Counted from the stretch's first letter, positions 1 to 10,555 are shown. The stretch: DNA of 64,000 nt from Vulcanimicrobiota bacterium (GCA_963777315.1 CAVZQC010000004.1:480001-544000), one strand, 5' to 3'. The notes: a model not told the origin generated them from the sequence alone. Program-made: numbers and translations.

Positions 1-1
1 C

Positions 2-1483
2 ATGGTCGCCGCCGGCTACATAACGCCCCTGCAGGCAGCCCTCGCCAAACGCGAAGCGATTCACGTGCTGCCGGTCATTGCCGATTTGAACGCCCCGCAA
101 CAGCTGCTGCTGCGCATGGCGCCGCGGCATGCCGGCATCGTGCGCACGACGATCGATCTCACGCTCGAGCGTTTCGTGCAAACGCAGGCCCAGCAGGTCG
201 TAGCAGCGCTGGCCAGTCACAACGTCACGCAAGCGGCCGCGCTGGTGATCGACAACGCAAACGGCAACGTGCTGGCCTATTTGGGATCTCTGGAGTATTT
301 CGACGATGCCTATCGGGGGCGCAATGACGGCGTGCGCGCGCTGCGTCAGCCAGGATCGACGCTCAAACCGTTTCTGTACGAATACGCGTTGGAGCAACGC
401 GCGATCCGTCCGGACACCGTACTTGCGGACGTGCCCGCTTCCTACGCCGTTTCGCACGGCGAATCGTACAGCCCGCAGGATTACAGCCGCAATTTTTCCG
501 GTCCGGTTTCCGTCCGCACCGCCTTGGCCGATTCGCTCAATGTTCCGGCGGTGCGCGTTTTGTCGAGCGTTGGCGTGCCGCATTTTCTCCGGCGCCTGCG
601 CGACCTGGGCTTTACGCGTCTGCGCCGGTCCGCGGACTATTACGGTTTGGGCCTGACGTTGGGAGCCGGAGAAGTGACGCTGTGGGACCTGGCGCGCGCG
701 TACGTGACGCTCGCGCGCGACGGGAATGCCATACCGCTGCGCACGACGTTCGACGATGCCCCCGCAGCGGGCGTCCAAATCGGCGACCCGGACGATTGGA
801 GGTACGTGACCGACGTGCTGGCCGACCGCTACGCGCGAGCTCAGGCATTCGGTGTCGGCTCGGTCATCGACATGCCGTTTCCGGCGGCCGTAAAAACCGG
901 CACGTCCTCAGGCTACCGCGATACCTGGACTGTCGGTTACACGCCCGAATATACCGTTGCGGTGTGGGTGGGAAATTTTTCGGGCGCACCGATGCAGCGC
1001 GTGTCGGGAGTAAGCGGAGCAGGTCCGCTTTGGAATCGCATCATGCTGCACCTGTACGAACGGCGCGATCCTCCCAACTTCGTGCCGCCGCCGTCGTCGT
1101 GGACGGCGCACGCCGGCCCTCTGACTGCGAGCGGCGTGCAATACGACGAGTGGTGCGCGCAGCAAGGCGCAACCACCGGGACGCTGCGCATTCTTTTTCC
1201 TCATGACGGCGACGCGTTCGAAGACGACCTGGCGCCGGACGATCCGCGCCGAGGCCAGCAGCAGATCGCGTTTCGCATCAGCCGGCCGCGCGGCGCCGGC
1301 GTGCAATGGACGCTCAACGGCAGGCCGCTCGCCCGCAGCACCTCAGACGCATATTTTTGGACCGTGCAACGCGGAACGTTTACGCTTTCGGTGCGTACGG
1401 CTTCGCGCGCGGTGCGCGTGCGTTTTAGCGTTACGCCTCGCGGCCCTCACGGCAAACGCGGATTCGCCGTTGCCGGCGAGTAG
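2..1483 (+). CDS. pbpC: Penicillin-binding protein 1C, 5'-truncated by the window edge
   Basis: Transpeptidase motifs PGSTLKPF, SLN and KTGTS; RDTWTVG; C-terminal BiPBP-like Ig domain (ILFPHDG...WTLNG). Confidence 0.9.
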   Translation: MVAAGYITPLQAALAKREAIHVLPVIADLNAPQQLLLRMAPRHAGIVRTTIDLTLERFVQTQAQQVVAALASHNVTQAAALVIDNANGNVLAYLGSLEYFDDAYRGRNDGVRALRQPGSTLKPFLYEYALEQRAIRPDTVLADVPASYAVSHGESYSPQDYSRNFSGPVSVRTALADSLNVPAVRVLSSVGVPHFLRRLRDLGFTRLRRSADYYGLGLTLGAGEVTLWDLARAYVTLARDGNAIPLRTTFDDAPAAGVQIGDPDDWRYVTDVLADRYARAQAFGVGSVIDMPFPAAVKTGTSSGYRDTWTVGYTPEYTVAVWVGNFSGAPMQRVSGVSGAGPLWNRIMLHLYERRDPPNFVPPPSSWTAHAGPLTASGVQYDEWCAQQGATTGTLRILFPHDGDAFEDDLAPDDPRRGQQQIAFRISRPRGAGVQWTLNGRPLARSTSDAYFWTVQRGTFTLSVRTASRAVRVRFSVTPRGPHGKRGFAVAGE

Positions 1484-1488
1484 CAGCG

Positions 1489-2424
1489 TTACGCGTTCGC
1501 GCGTGCGGCAAACGCCTCTTTGGCTTTGACGAGGCGCACCATTGCGTCGTTGTACGGTGTGGCAACGCCGGTTCTGCGTCCGGCGGCGCACACGGCGCCG
1601 TTGATGTGATCGATTTCGCTGGGATGACGCGATTCCAAATCGAACGCCATCGAGCTCTTGCTGTCCGCGCCGACGGCGATGACCTCGGTGACGTATTGCC
1701 AGGGGTTTGGAAACGGAAGATTGATCTTGAGCGCGGCCGCGACGCTTGCCGCTTCTTCTGCAAGCGCTTCGGCAAGACGCGCTGCGTTGGGATCTTTGAC
1801 GATGTCGCCCGATTCGCAATCGAGCAGGGCGCTCACCGCATTGATCGCCGCGTTGGCGACGAGCTTACCCCAGAGGTGCGGTCGAATGTCGTACACGACC
1901 GACGCCCGCATCCCGCTTCCGGTCAGCAGTTCGGCTACGCTCCGCGACGTGCTCGGTGAGGCGCCCCCCGATCCGACGATCGTATTGCCTTCCTCCGAAC
2001 TGCGCACGCGTCCGGGCGCGACGGTCAGCGATGATTCGGTGGTGATGCCCAGCACTACCGGAACGGCGCCTCCGAGCGCGGTCTTGATGGCGTCCTCATT
2101 GCCCACGCCGTTTTGCAGCGAAACGATCGGCGTGGAAGGGCTCAGCTCGCCGGCGAACGGCCGCAGAGCGCGCAGCGTGTCGACGGCCTTGACGAACAAA
2201 AAGACGATATTCGATCCGAAGAGGTCCCTTGCGTTTCTCCCGACGCGAACGGGCCGCGCGGGAGCGTCGTTCACGCAGACTCCGCCGAACTGTTCGATGG
2301 CATCGAGCACGGAGCCGTTTCGGTCCAGCATCGTCACCGTGCAGCGCGAGGCCAAGTGAAAGCCGAACAGCGTTCCCATCGCTCCGGACCCGATGATGCC
2401 TACGCGCCGGGTGGTTTGCTCCAT
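1489..2424 (-). CDS. panE: 2-dehydropantoate 2-reductase
   Basis: GSGAMG Rossmann motif, FVKA, SLQNG, WGKLVANAAIN, SSMAFD, EIDHING; ATG overlaps the rhomboid stop (TAATG). Confidence 0.9.
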   Translation of the reverse strand: MEQTTRRVGIIGSGAMGTLFGFHLASRCTVTMLDRNGSVLDAIEQFGGVCVNDAPARPVRVGRNARDLFGSNIVFLFVKAVDTLRALRPFAGELSPSTPIVSLQNGVGNEDAIKTALGGAVPVVLGITTESSLTVAPGRVRSSEEGNTIVGSGGASPSTSRSVAELLTGSGMRASVVYDIRPHLWGKLVANAAINAVSALLDCESGDIVKDPNAARLAEALAEEAASVAAALKINLPFPNPWQYVTEVIAVGADSKSSMAFDLESRHPSEIDHINGAVCAAGRRTGVATPYNDAMVRLVKAKEAFAARANA

Positions 2425-3128
2425 TACGGCCGATTTCGCGAACGTCTCGCGTCGTTCCGTCCCCGAAAGAGCCCGTAGAAGCCGACCAGAATCGCGCCGC
2501 ACGAGAATCCGCCGATGTGCGCAAAGTATGCAACCCCGCCTTGGTTGGCGTGCGGGTCGAGCGTTGCGAATCCCAGAAAAAACTGCAGCGCGGCCCAGAT
2601 GCCGATGACCAGAACGGCGGGCAAACGCAAAAACAGCGGAAAGCACCCAATCGGCGTGATCGTATCGATGCGCGAGGCCGGAAAACTGACGATGTACGCG
2701 CCCAGGACGCCCGCAATGGCGCCGGAGGCGCCGATTTCCGGAACGTGACTATTCGGAGCGGCCCAGATTTGCGCCGCTCCGCCCGCCAGACCGCACACGA
2801 CGTAGACCAGGGCAAAGCCGGCGTGTCCTAAATAGCGCTCCATTCGCGGCCCGAAGACGACCAGAAACAGCATGTTGAAAAAGATGTGCGCAAAGCCGCC
2901 GTGAAGGAACATCGACGTGATCAGCGTGAGCCAGTACGGGTGCGGCGAGGGCGGCGGCAGCGCAATGCGGTGAGTGATGTTGTACGGCACCAGTGCAAAG
3001 GCATTGATGACGTGCGCCGCTCGCGCAGCCTGCAGCTCGCGGTAAAAGAAATAGACGTTCGCGGCGACGACGAGCCACACGACCGCCGCAAAAACGGCCG
3101 GCCGCTCCTCGTCGGCGTACGGTATCAC
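2424..3128 (-). CDS. Rhomboid intramembrane serine protease
   Basis: SMFLHGGFAHIFFNM, GASG catalytic Ser, AHIGG catalytic His; multiple TM segments. Confidence 0.92.
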   Translation of the reverse strand: MIPYADEERPAVFAAVVWLVVAANVYFFYRELQAARAAHVINAFALVPYNITHRIALPPPSPHPYWLTLITSMFLHGGFAHIFFNMLFLVVFGPRMERYLGHAGFALVYVVCGLAGGAAQIWAAPNSHVPEIGASGAIAGVLGAYIVSFPASRIDTITPIGCFPLFLRLPAVLVIGIWAALQFFLGFATLDPHANQGGVAYFAHIGGFSCGAILVGFYGLFRGRNDARRSRNRP

Positions 3129-3140
3129 GGTGCCGCGTTG

Positions 3141-4691
3141 CTAGAACTGCAGCTGAAGGCCGAACACGGTGCGCCGGTCGGATCGCGTCAGGTCGCGCTG
3201 ACCCAAGAACAGCTTGGCCCACTTGAAGAGATTGAGGTTGCCGTATATGTCGAACGTCGGACGCCGAAGATCGTACACGCGCGTTTCGGCGCCGAACCTT
3301 CCGGCATCATACGAGGCGAGCGCGCCGATCTGCGAATACAGAATGCCTGCGCCGACGTGGAAGTCTCCGGCGTTCTTCAGGCCCATCGCATTCCACGTCG
3401 TCTTGCCGCCGATGTCGTTTGCGCCGAGCATCGCGCTGATGTTCCCGCGCGGCACGAATAGCGCGTTGATGTCTGCCTGGGGGCCGCGATCGCCGCTGAG
3501 CAGCGGGCTGGGGCCACTGACGCTTTGCGCGTCGAGGTAGCTCAGGCGCAGCTGCACCTGTGCGAGATTGCTCAGTGCGGCGCTCAAACGGCTGCCGATG
3601 CCGCCGGTAGCGGCCGCCGCCGGAGCCGGCGTTTGCGTTCCGGGCGGCGGAAGATTGGCAGTGCTGCTCCCGATTGGATACGGCGTCGCGCCGGCGTCCA
3701 CACCGTAGACGTGGCTGCGGCCGCCAAGCGTACCCAGCAATGAGTCGGCTTTCTGAGTGGCTGCGTCGAGATTGGCGACCGTGTCGCGCAGCTGCGCTTG
3801 GGTCTGCGGCCCAGTGACCTGACGCAGATCGCCGGTCAAACCGGCGATATTCGCGGTAAGGTCGCGAATATTCGAAGTCGTGGCAACCAAGTTGCCTTTC
3901 AACCGAGGATCCGTGGCCAAGCTCTGGAGCGAGTCCATCGATTTGTTCAGCGCGAGTGCGGTGCGGTCGAGGGACGTGAGCATGCTGTCGATTTTGTATT
4001 GGTTGCGGCCCAAGGTCGTATCCAACGTAGCCGTCATGTCGACGATATGCGTTCCGGCTTGCTGCATGGTAGTGTTCAGCGTACCCGACAGGTCCGCCAC
4101 CGTGCCTTTGAGCTCGGTCGTCATCTCGTCCACGTTTGCAAGCGCCGTCTGCAGCGTGTTGAGCAGCTTGGGCTCGCGCTGTTCGAGCGTGGCCAGCATG
4201 GAATCCAGCCGGCGAATCTGCCCTTGCCCCTGCTGCAGCAGATCGGCGATCGTCGGGCTGGCGATACCGACGGGCTGCTGTGCGATCGGTAAAACGCGTT
4301 TGGGGAGCACGGCGTAGTCGGGCAGCGGCGTTGCGGTATACCCGGCGGGAAGCGGGCGCGGAACCGGCGGGACGATGATGAGATTCGGCGTGCCCGTGAG
4401 CGGCGCTTGGATCAGAAATTTGGAATCTTTGGGGATGTTGATGTTGTTCTGGATGGCCAGAATGACGTCGACGCTGTTGTCGGCGAGCAGTTGCACCTGA
4501 TCGACCGTCCCGACCGTAACGCCGCTGAAAAATACCTGCGCGCCGGTAGGCAGACCCGCTGCCGAAGCGAAGTGCACGCCGATGCGATAGCCGCTGTGCC
4601 GCGTTCCGAAGTCGGTAATCACGTAAAATATCCCGAACAGCAGCACCAGCGCCACCACCGCGAACAGCCCGAGTTGGCCTTGTCTGGACAT
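3141..4691 (-). CDS. mlaD: MlaD/MCE protein with long helical region and C-terminal beta-barrel-like domain
   Basis: N-terminal TM, MCE motif (AAGLPTGAQVFFSGVTVGTV), heptad region, alternating beta-strands ending in Phe (FGLQLQF). Confidence 0.85.
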   Translation of the reverse strand: MSRQGQLGLFAVVALVLLFGIFYVITDFGTRHSGYRIGVHFASAAGLPTGAQVFFSGVTVGTVDQVQLLADNSVDVILAIQNNINIPKDSKFLIQAPLTGTPNLIIVPPVPRPLPAGYTATPLPDYAVLPKRVLPIAQQPVGIASPTIADLLQQGQGQIRRLDSMLATLEQREPKLLNTLQTALANVDEMTTELKGTVADLSGTLNTTMQQAGTHIVDMTATLDTTLGRNQYKIDSMLTSLDRTALALNKSMDSLQSLATDPRLKGNLVATTSNIRDLTANIAGLTGDLRQVTGPQTQAQLRDTVANLDAATQKADSLLGTLGGRSHVYGVDAGATPYPIGSSTANLPPPGTQTPAPAAAATGGIGSRLSAALSNLAQVQLRLSYLDAQSVSGPSPLLSGDRGPQADINALFVPRGNISAMLGANDIGGKTTWNAMGLKNAGDFHVGAGILYSQIGALASYDAGRFGAETRVYDLRRPTFDIYGNLNLFKWAKLFLGQRDLTRSDRRTVFGLQLQF

Positions 4692-4740
4692 CGGCTCCCC
4701 TATTCCGCGGACCCACGCGCGTGCCTGCGGCGCGTGCTGC

Positions 4741-5496
4741 TCATAACGGTATCGGCCCCACTTCCGAGCCCAGCAAAAATTGCTGCACGATGGGGTTCAT
4801 CGATTTCTGCACTTCGTCGACGGTGCCGTATTCAATGATCGCGCCCTCGAAAAGCATTGCGACGTAGTCCGCCATCATGTAGATCGACTGCAAGTCGTGC
4901 GAAATCACGACCGCCGTCGCATTGAGCTGCGCGCGCAGCCGCTTGATCGTGTCGGTCAAGAGATGCGTAACGATGGGATCCAGACCTGTCGTCGGCTCGT
5001 CGTACAGCACCAAGTCCGGATTGGTCACGACCGCTCGTGCGAAGCCGGCGCGTTTGAGCATTCCGCCCGAGAGCTCGCTGGGCATGTTCTGGTAGGTATG
5101 CGCGAGCCCCACGCTGTCGAGCGTGTGAACGACGACTTCGCGGATTTCCCGTTCGGTGAGCGAGGTGTGCTCGCGCAGCGGCAGAGCGATGTTGTCGCCG
5201 ACGGTCATGCTGTCGAACAGCGCGGCGAACTGGAACGCAAAGCCGATTTTGGTCCGCATCTCGATCAACTCGCTTTCGTGCATGTGGCAGATATCGTGAC
5301 CGCGCACGTACACGTGTCCCGCGTCGGGCCTTCGCAATCCGTCGAGAAGGCGCAGAATCGTTGATTTTCCGGCACCCGACATGCCGATGATGCACGTAAT
5401 CGCACCCTCGACCACGTCGAGCGAGCAATTGTGCAGCACGATGCGGTCGCCGTAGCTCATCGAAACGCCGTCGAGTTTGGCGATGAGCCCGGCCAT
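4741..5496 (-). CDS. mlaF: MlaF-type ABC ATPase
   Basis: Walker A GMSGAGKS, FQFAALFDS, LSGGM, YDEPTTGLDP; starts MAGLIAK, overlapping the mlaE stop. Confidence 0.9.
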   Translation of the reverse strand: MAGLIAKLDGVSMSYGDRIVLHNCSLDVVEGAITCIIGMSGAGKSTILRLLDGLRRPDAGHVYVRGHDICHMHESELIEMRTKIGFAFQFAALFDSMTVGDNIALPLREHTSLTEREIREVVVHTLDSVGLAHTYQNMPSELSGGMLKRAGFARAVVTNPDLVLYDEPTTGLDPIVTHLLTDTIKRLRAQLNATAVVISHDLQSIYMMADYVAMLFEGAIIEYGTVDEVQKSMNPIVQQFLLGSEVGPIPL

Positions 5497-6326
5497 CAGC
5501 CGCCTCCGTACAAAAAGTACGACATGGCAAAGTTGATGATGAAGATCAGAATGATGCAAATGACGACGGCGCTGGTCGTCGATTTTCCCACGCCGGCGGC
5601 GCCGCCGGTCGTCGTCAAACCTTGATACGAACCGACCAGCGCAATGATGATGCCGAAAATCACCGATTTGAACAGTCCCTTGACCACGTCTTCGAAGCCG
5701 ATGGTCTGGCGCGCCGACGACATGAAGTCGTCGTAACTGATGTGGGCCTGCGCGTGCGCGATCCATTGTCCGCCCATCACGCCGACCACGTCGGCGAAAA
5801 CCGTGAGCAGCGGCAGCATGATCATCAGCGCGAGCAAACGCGGCACGACCAGGAACCGGACGGGCGCAAGGCCGAGCGATTGAAGCGCTTCGACCTGTTC
5901 GGTCACGACCATCGAACCGATCTCGGCGGCAATGGCGGCGCACACGCGTCCGGCCACGACGACGGCGGTGAGCATCGGGCCCAGCTCGCGCACGTTCGTG
6001 TACGATACGATCCCGCCCACGAAGCTGCCGAAGCCGTACTGCACGGCCTGCACCGCCGACTCGAGCGAGAACACCATGCCGGTGAACAGCGAGGTCAGCA
6101 GAACGATTACCAAGGATTGGTAGCCCAGCAGAAAGCATTGGTTGACCGTTTCGGCAAAGCGGATGCGCAGTCTGAAGATCGTGCCGAAGGTCTCGCCGCC
6201 GAGCGCGGTCAGGCCGCCGATGTATTCGAACAGCGCACTGACCTTGCGCCCTACTCCCTCGAGTGCGCCCACTCCGGCGCGCTCGACGATCTCGGCGGCT
6301 TCGGAGCGTTCAGACTCGCTCAGCAC
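5496..6326 (-). CDS. mlaE: MlaE-type ABC permease
   Basis: RELGPMLTAVVVAGR, AEIGSMVVTEQVEAL, VVPR, GAAGVGKSTT motifs. Confidence 0.92.
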   Translation of the reverse strand: MLSESERSEAAEIVERAGVGALEGVGRKVSALFEYIGGLTALGGETFGTIFRLRIRFAETVNQCFLLGYQSLVIVLLTSLFTGMVFSLESAVQAVQYGFGSFVGGIVSYTNVRELGPMLTAVVVAGRVCAAIAAEIGSMVVTEQVEALQSLGLAPVRFLVVPRLLALMIMLPLLTVFADVVGVMGGQWIAHAQAHISYDDFMSSARQTIGFEDVVKGLFKSVIFGIIIALVGSYQGLTTTGGAAGVGKSTTSAVVICIILIFIINFAMSYFLYGGG

Positions 6327-6654
6327 TGCCGATTCGGTCCGCGTCCTGCAGCACGGCCTGCGTAGCCTCGATGCGGCGTACCGTCACGCCGCGCTCGGCG
6401 GTGAGATTGAAGTGCACTTGGTTCACGTGGTCCAAACGTTTGTCGACGTCGCGCAGATGCGCGCGCGCTTCGCGTTCGAATCCGGTAAAGTATCGGCGGA
6501 CGGCGCTCAGATACTCTTGCCGCGCCTGCTCGCTCACCGCACCGCCGGCGAGCGCCGCTTCCACCTTGCGCTGCGCATTTTTCATCGCTTTGTCCGTCAC
6601 GTAAAAGTTGCCGATGCGGGCGACCAGATCCGCGAAAGGATCGCCGGAGTTCAA
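6310..6654 (-). CDS. Hypothetical helical protein (~114 aa)
   Basis: TTG start overlaps the rph stop (TTGA); fills the gap to mlaE; amphipathic helical sequence. Confidence 0.65.
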   Translation of the reverse strand: MNSGDPFADLVARIGNFYVTDKAMKNAQRKVEAALAGGAVSEQARQEYLSAVRRYFTGFEREARAHLRDVDKRLDHVNQVHFNLTAERGVTVRRIEATQAVLQDADRIGSAERV

Positions 6655-7427
6655 ACCGCGCTCGTCCTGCTGTTTTGCGATTGCGCCGGCGCAGGCGGAT
6701 ATCCGAACGCTTCGACGACGGCGCGCTGCGCCGCGAGCAGCTGCACGATGCCGGTATGCGCAAGGCCGAGCAGCGCGTCCAGTTCGCGCCGGCTGAATGG
6801 AGTGGCCTCCGCCGTGCCCTGCAGTTCGGTAAATTTTCCCTCGTCGGTCATAAAGACGTTCATGTCGACTTCCGCGCGGCTGTCTTCGTCGTAGGCAAGA
6901 TCCAGCAAAGCGCCCCCGTTCACGATGCCGACGCTCGTGGCCGCGATTTGGCCGCTCAGCGGCCATTTCCGGGTGTCTTTGGGATCGAACGCGCGCAGCA
7001 GCGCCAGCGCAAGCGCCACCCATGCTCCGGTGACGGCCGCCGTTCGCGTACCGCCGTCCGCCTGCAAAACGTCGCAGTCCAGCCAAACGGTGCGTTCGCC
7101 CAGCCGCGCCATGTCGGTGACCGCGCGCAGCGCGCGTCCGATGATTCGCTGGATCTCGTGGGTCCGGCCGCCCAGGCGCCCCTTGGCTGCCTCCCGCTGC
7201 GTGCGTTCCTGCGTGGCGCGCGGGAGCATCGCGTATTCCGCCGTCACCCAGCCCGTTCCGCGGCCTTTCATCCATGGCGGCACGCGCTCCTCGACCGTGG
7301 CCGCGCACAATACGCGCGTTTGGCCGACCGTGATGAGGCAACTGCCCTCGGCGTACTTGAGATAGTCCGGTTCTATGCCGATCGGCCGCAGCTGGTCGGC
7401 CCGGCGTCCATCGCCCCGCGTCACCAC
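6651..7427 (-). CDS. rph: Ribonuclease PH
   Basis: [49 protein letters not shown]. Confidence 0.97.
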   Translation of the reverse strand: MVTRGDGRRADQLRPIGIEPDYLKYAEGSCLITVGQTRVLCAATVEERVPPWMKGRGTGWVTAEYAMLPRATQERTQREAAKGRLGGRTHEIQRIIGRALRAVTDMARLGERTVWLDCDVLQADGGTRTAAVTGAWVALALALLRAFDPKDTRKWPLSGQIAATSVGIVNGGALLDLAYDEDSRAEVDMNVFMTDEGKFTELQGTAEATPFSRRELDALLGLAHTGIVQLLAAQRAVVEAFGYPPAPAQSQNSRTSAV

Positions 7428-7465
7428 CAGCCGGAGTTAGGGAATCGCCGCAAAACTCCCACCGC

Positions 7466-7825
7466 ATGTCGAATCGGCGAACGAACGCGTTGCGGTTTCA
7501 GGCAGCATATTACATCGCAACCGGCGCCGCACCGCTGCTCAGCCGGCGGGCGTTCGAAGCGGTAACGGGCCCCAAGCGCGACTGGTGGCTAGTGCAGATG
7601 GTCGGAATGCTGGCCGTCGGCAACGGCATCGCTCTTGCGGCGGGAAGCGCAAGCGCGGCTCGCGGACGCGATCCGTCGCGTGAAACGATCGCGCTGTCGC
7701 TGTGTTCGGCGCTCGCCTTTGCAACCATCGACACGGTGTATGCGCTCAAAGGGCGCATCGCGCCGGTGTACTTGGCCGACGCGGCCCTCGAAATGCTCAT
7801 CGCGGCGGCCGTTATTCCACCGTAA
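7466..7825 (+). CDS. Hypothetical small membrane protein
   Basis: 119 aa ORF with 3-4 hydrophobic segments (FEAVTGPKRDWWLVQMVG, IAPVYLADA). Confidence 0.75.
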   Translation: MSNRRTNALRFQAAYYIATGAAPLLSRRAFEAVTGPKRDWWLVQMVGMLAVGNGIALAAGSASAARGRDPSRETIALSLCSALAFATIDTVYALKGRIAPVYLADAALEMLIAAAVIPP

Positions 7826-9665
7826 CGGTTTTTGCTAAATTGCGGGGCTGATCGACGTCCTTGCCTTCGATGTCCGCGATGTGATACGCGAGCAGCTGCA
7901 GCGGGATGATGTTGACGATGGGCGAGAGCAGCTCGTCGACCTTGGGCACCCAGAAGACGTGATCCGCGATCGCTTTGGCCTCGTCGTCGCCGTGGTTGGC
8001 GACCACGATAATCGGCGCTTCCCGCGCTTTGGATTCGGCCAGATTGGACAGAATTTTTTCGCGAACGCGTCCGTCGGTCATGACGCCCACGACCGGCACG
8101 TTGGAGTCGAGCAGCGCGATCGGGCCGTGCTTCATTTCGCCGGCGGCGTAACCCTCGGCGTGAATGTAGGAGATTTCCTTGAGTTTGAGCGCGCCTTCCA
8201 GTGCCGTTGGAAAATTGACGTACCGCCCAAGGAATAAAACGGATTTCGCCGAGCGGATGCGCTTGGCGACGGCCTTTATTTCCTCGGACGTATTGAGCGC
8301 AAGATCGATCGCGGCCGGCAGCAACTTGGTGTTGTCGGCGACTTCGCGCAGCCGCTCGAGCGGAGCACTTTGGCGCAGGCGGGCCAGATACAGCGCGAAG
8401 AGCGTCATCGCAGTGACCTGCGACACGTACGTTTTGGTCGCGGCTACGCCGATTTCGGGTCCGCCGCGCGTGAAGAGCGTGCCGTCGGCGACGCGCGTGA
8501 GGTGCGAGCCGAGCACGTTGCAGATGCCCATGACCGTCGAGCCCGCGCGCTTTGCTATCCGGACCGCTTCGATGGTGTCGGCGGTCTCGCCCGACTGCGA
8601 CATCGCAATGGTCAGTGCGGTCGCATCGATGACCGGATCGCCGTAGCGAAACTCGCTCGCGAGCTCCATTTCGACCGGAACGCGAACCAGCGAACGCAGC
8701 AGGTACATGCCCACCATTCCCGCGTGGTACGCCGTTCCGCAGCCCGTTATCGCGATCTTCGAAACGTCGCGCAGCTGCGATTCGGCGATGCCGATCTCGG
8801 CGGCCAGCTGCACGTCGTTGCACTCGTCGATGCGTCCGGCCAGGGTTTCCTTGATGACGTTGGGCTGCTCGTAGATTTCCTTGAGCATGAAGTGCTTGAA
8901 GCCGCTCTTTTCGGCAGAACCTGCGTCCCAAGTCACCTGCATCACGTCGCGCTCGACGGCATTGCCGTCGTAGTCGGTCAATTTCCAGCCGTCGCGCCCG
9001 ACGACGACCATCTCGCCTTCTTGCAGAATGATCTCTTTGCGCGTGTACTGCAGGATCGCCGGGGTGTCCGACGCGACGAACATCTCTCCCTCGCCGATTC
9101 CCAGCACCAGCGGGCTGGCGCCGTTGCGCGCAAAGATCAAATGATCGGGATCGTCCGAACTGATTACGCCCAGCGCATACGCGCCCGTAACGTCGCGCAA
9201 GGTGCGGCGCACGGCCTCCTCGAGCGTTCCGCCCGGCCCCTGCGCCAGAAGATGCGTTTCTATCAAGTGCGCGAGCACTTCGGTGTCGGTTTCGCTCTTG
9301 AAGACGTGACCCGCATCGATCAGGCGCGCGCGCAGCGGCGAATAATTTTCGATGATCCCGTTGTGGACCACCGCTATCTTCGCGCTGCAGTCCATGTGGG
9401 GATGCGCGTTGGCGTCCGAGGGACGTCCGTGGGTTGCCCAGCGCGTATGTCCCACGCCCACGCTGCCCGCGATGCGCCCGCCGTTGCGCAGGCGCTCGGA
9501 GAGCCGCGCGAGCTTGCCTTCGGCTTTGGAACCGGTCAGCGAGCCGCCCGCGTCGATGACCGCGATGCCTGCGCTGTCGTAGCCGCGGTATTCCAGCCGT
9601 CCCAGCGAGTCCAAAATGATGGGAACGCTGTCGCGCTCCCCGATATAGCCTACGATGCCGCACAT
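7812..9665 (-). CDS. glmS: Glutamine-fructose-6-phosphate aminotransferase
   Basis: N-terminal MCGIVG, LEYRGYDSAG, GHTRWATHG, C-terminal QPRNLAKTVTVE. Confidence 0.98.
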   Translation of the reverse strand: MCGIVGYIGERDSVPIILDSLGRLEYRGYDSAGIAVIDAGGSLTGSKAEGKLARLSERLRNGGRIAGSVGVGHTRWATHGRPSDANAHPHMDCSAKIAVVHNGIIENYSPLRARLIDAGHVFKSETDTEVLAHLIETHLLAQGPGGTLEEAVRRTLRDVTGAYALGVISSDDPDHLIFARNGASPLVLGIGEGEMFVASDTPAILQYTRKEIILQEGEMVVVGRDGWKLTDYDGNAVERDVMQVTWDAGSAEKSGFKHFMLKEIYEQPNVIKETLAGRIDECNDVQLAAEIGIAESQLRDVSKIAITGCGTAYHAGMVGMYLLRSLVRVPVEMELASEFRYGDPVIDATALTIAMSQSGETADTIEAVRIAKRAGSTVMGICNVLGSHLTRVADGTLFTRGGPEIGVAATKTYVSQVTAMTLFALYLARLRQSAPLERLREVADNTKLLPAAIDLALNTSEEIKAVAKRIRSAKSVLFLGRYVNFPTALEGALKLKEISYIHAEGYAAGEMKHGPIALLDSNVPVVGVMTDGRVREKILSNLAESKAREAPIIVVANHGDDEAKAIADHVFWVPKVDELLSPIVNIIPLQLLAYHIADIEGKDVDQPRNLAKTVTVE

Positions 9666-9705
9666 ATCGAATCGCTCTCCCAGCCGCCGAAGCGGCGGCC
9701 GCTTG

Positions 9706-9924
9706 CTACTTTATTCCTTCCCTGGTTCGCTGGTAATGAATCTTGCCCGCGGCCACTTCGTTGAAGGCCGTGCTGACGGGCTTGTTCGCGTTCACCCGCT
9801 CGGTAAGCGGGGGCGCTCCGTTGTTGAGTTGCTTGGCCCGCTTGGTGACCACGTTGACCAAGCTGAACTTGGAGTCCACGTGGTCCAGCAGTTGGTCCAG
9901 ATCGCCAAAAACCGAATCGCTCAT
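9706..9924 (-). CDS. rpoZ: RNA polymerase omega subunit
   Basis: LLDHVDSKFSLVNVVTKRAKQL, KPVSTAFNEV; follows gmk. Confidence 0.93.
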   Translation of the reverse strand: MSDSVFGDLDQLLDHVDSKFSLVNVVTKRAKQLNNGAPPLTERVNANKPVSTAFNEVAAGKIHYQRTREGIK

Positions 9925-9925
9925 G

Positions 9926-10555
9926 TTAAGAATGTTCCAATTCATTTATCGAATCGTCGCTGAACCGGTGTATCCGGAACCGCTCCGCCTGTAAAATTGC
10001 CCGCAGATCGCGGACCGCCTCATCCGAACGCGACTCCTCGTTGATCACGATATAGTCGAAGTTGCGCACGTATTTGAACTCCTGGTGCCCGATCTCCAAA
10101 CGCCGGGCGATCTCTTCGTTGGTCTCCGTGCGCCGTGCCAGCAGCCGCGGGCGCAGGTGCGAAAACTTGTCGGGCGCCAAGAAGATGAGCACCGCTTGCG
10201 GAAACGCCCGCTTTATCGCAAGCGCCCCGTTGACCTCGGGTTTCATCACCAGGTCGTAGCCCTGCGTGAGCGTGTTCTCCACGAAATCGCGGGGCGTACC
10301 GTAGAGGTGGTCGTTGTACTCGCGCCATTCCAAAAAGCCGTCGGCATCTCGGCGCTGTTCGAACTGCTCCTTGGTCAGAAAGAAGTAATCTTCTCCCTTG
10401 CGTTCGCCCGGACGCGGCGCCCGAGTCGTCGCGGACACCGAATACCGCAGACGGGGCACACGCGCCAGCAGCGCGTACACCAGCGTGTCTTTGCCGGCCC
10501 CCGACGGCCCGGACACGACGAAGAGCAGACCCGGCCCCAGCATACTCCCACTCAT
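9926..10555 (-). CDS. gmk: Guanylate kinase
   Basis: SGPSGAGKDT, SVSATTRAPRPGE, YGTP; start could be 10543. Confidence 0.95.
   Translation of the reverse strand: MSGSMLGPGLLFVVSGPSGAGKDTLVYALLARVPRLRYSVSATTRAPRPGERKGEDYFFLTKEQFEQRRDADGFLEWREYNDHLYGTPRDFVENTLTQGYDLVMKPEVNGALAIKRAFPQAVLIFLAPDKFSHLRPRLLARRTETNEEIARRLEIGHQEFKYVRNFDYIVINEESRSDEAVRDLRAILQAERFRIHRFSDDSINELEHS

Noticed and set aside
9666..9705. glmS ribozyme upstream of glmS
   Set aside because: Only 40 nt separate rpoZ and glmS. The spacer holds one small hairpin and an RBS, with no ribozyme core consensus.
8370..9764. Many long antisense or alternative-frame ORFs (e.g. 8370-9764, 19963-21456, 25387-26838, 32181-33662)
   Set aside because: They shadow well-supported genes, are Arg/Ala-rich without motifs, and are expected in high-GC DNA.
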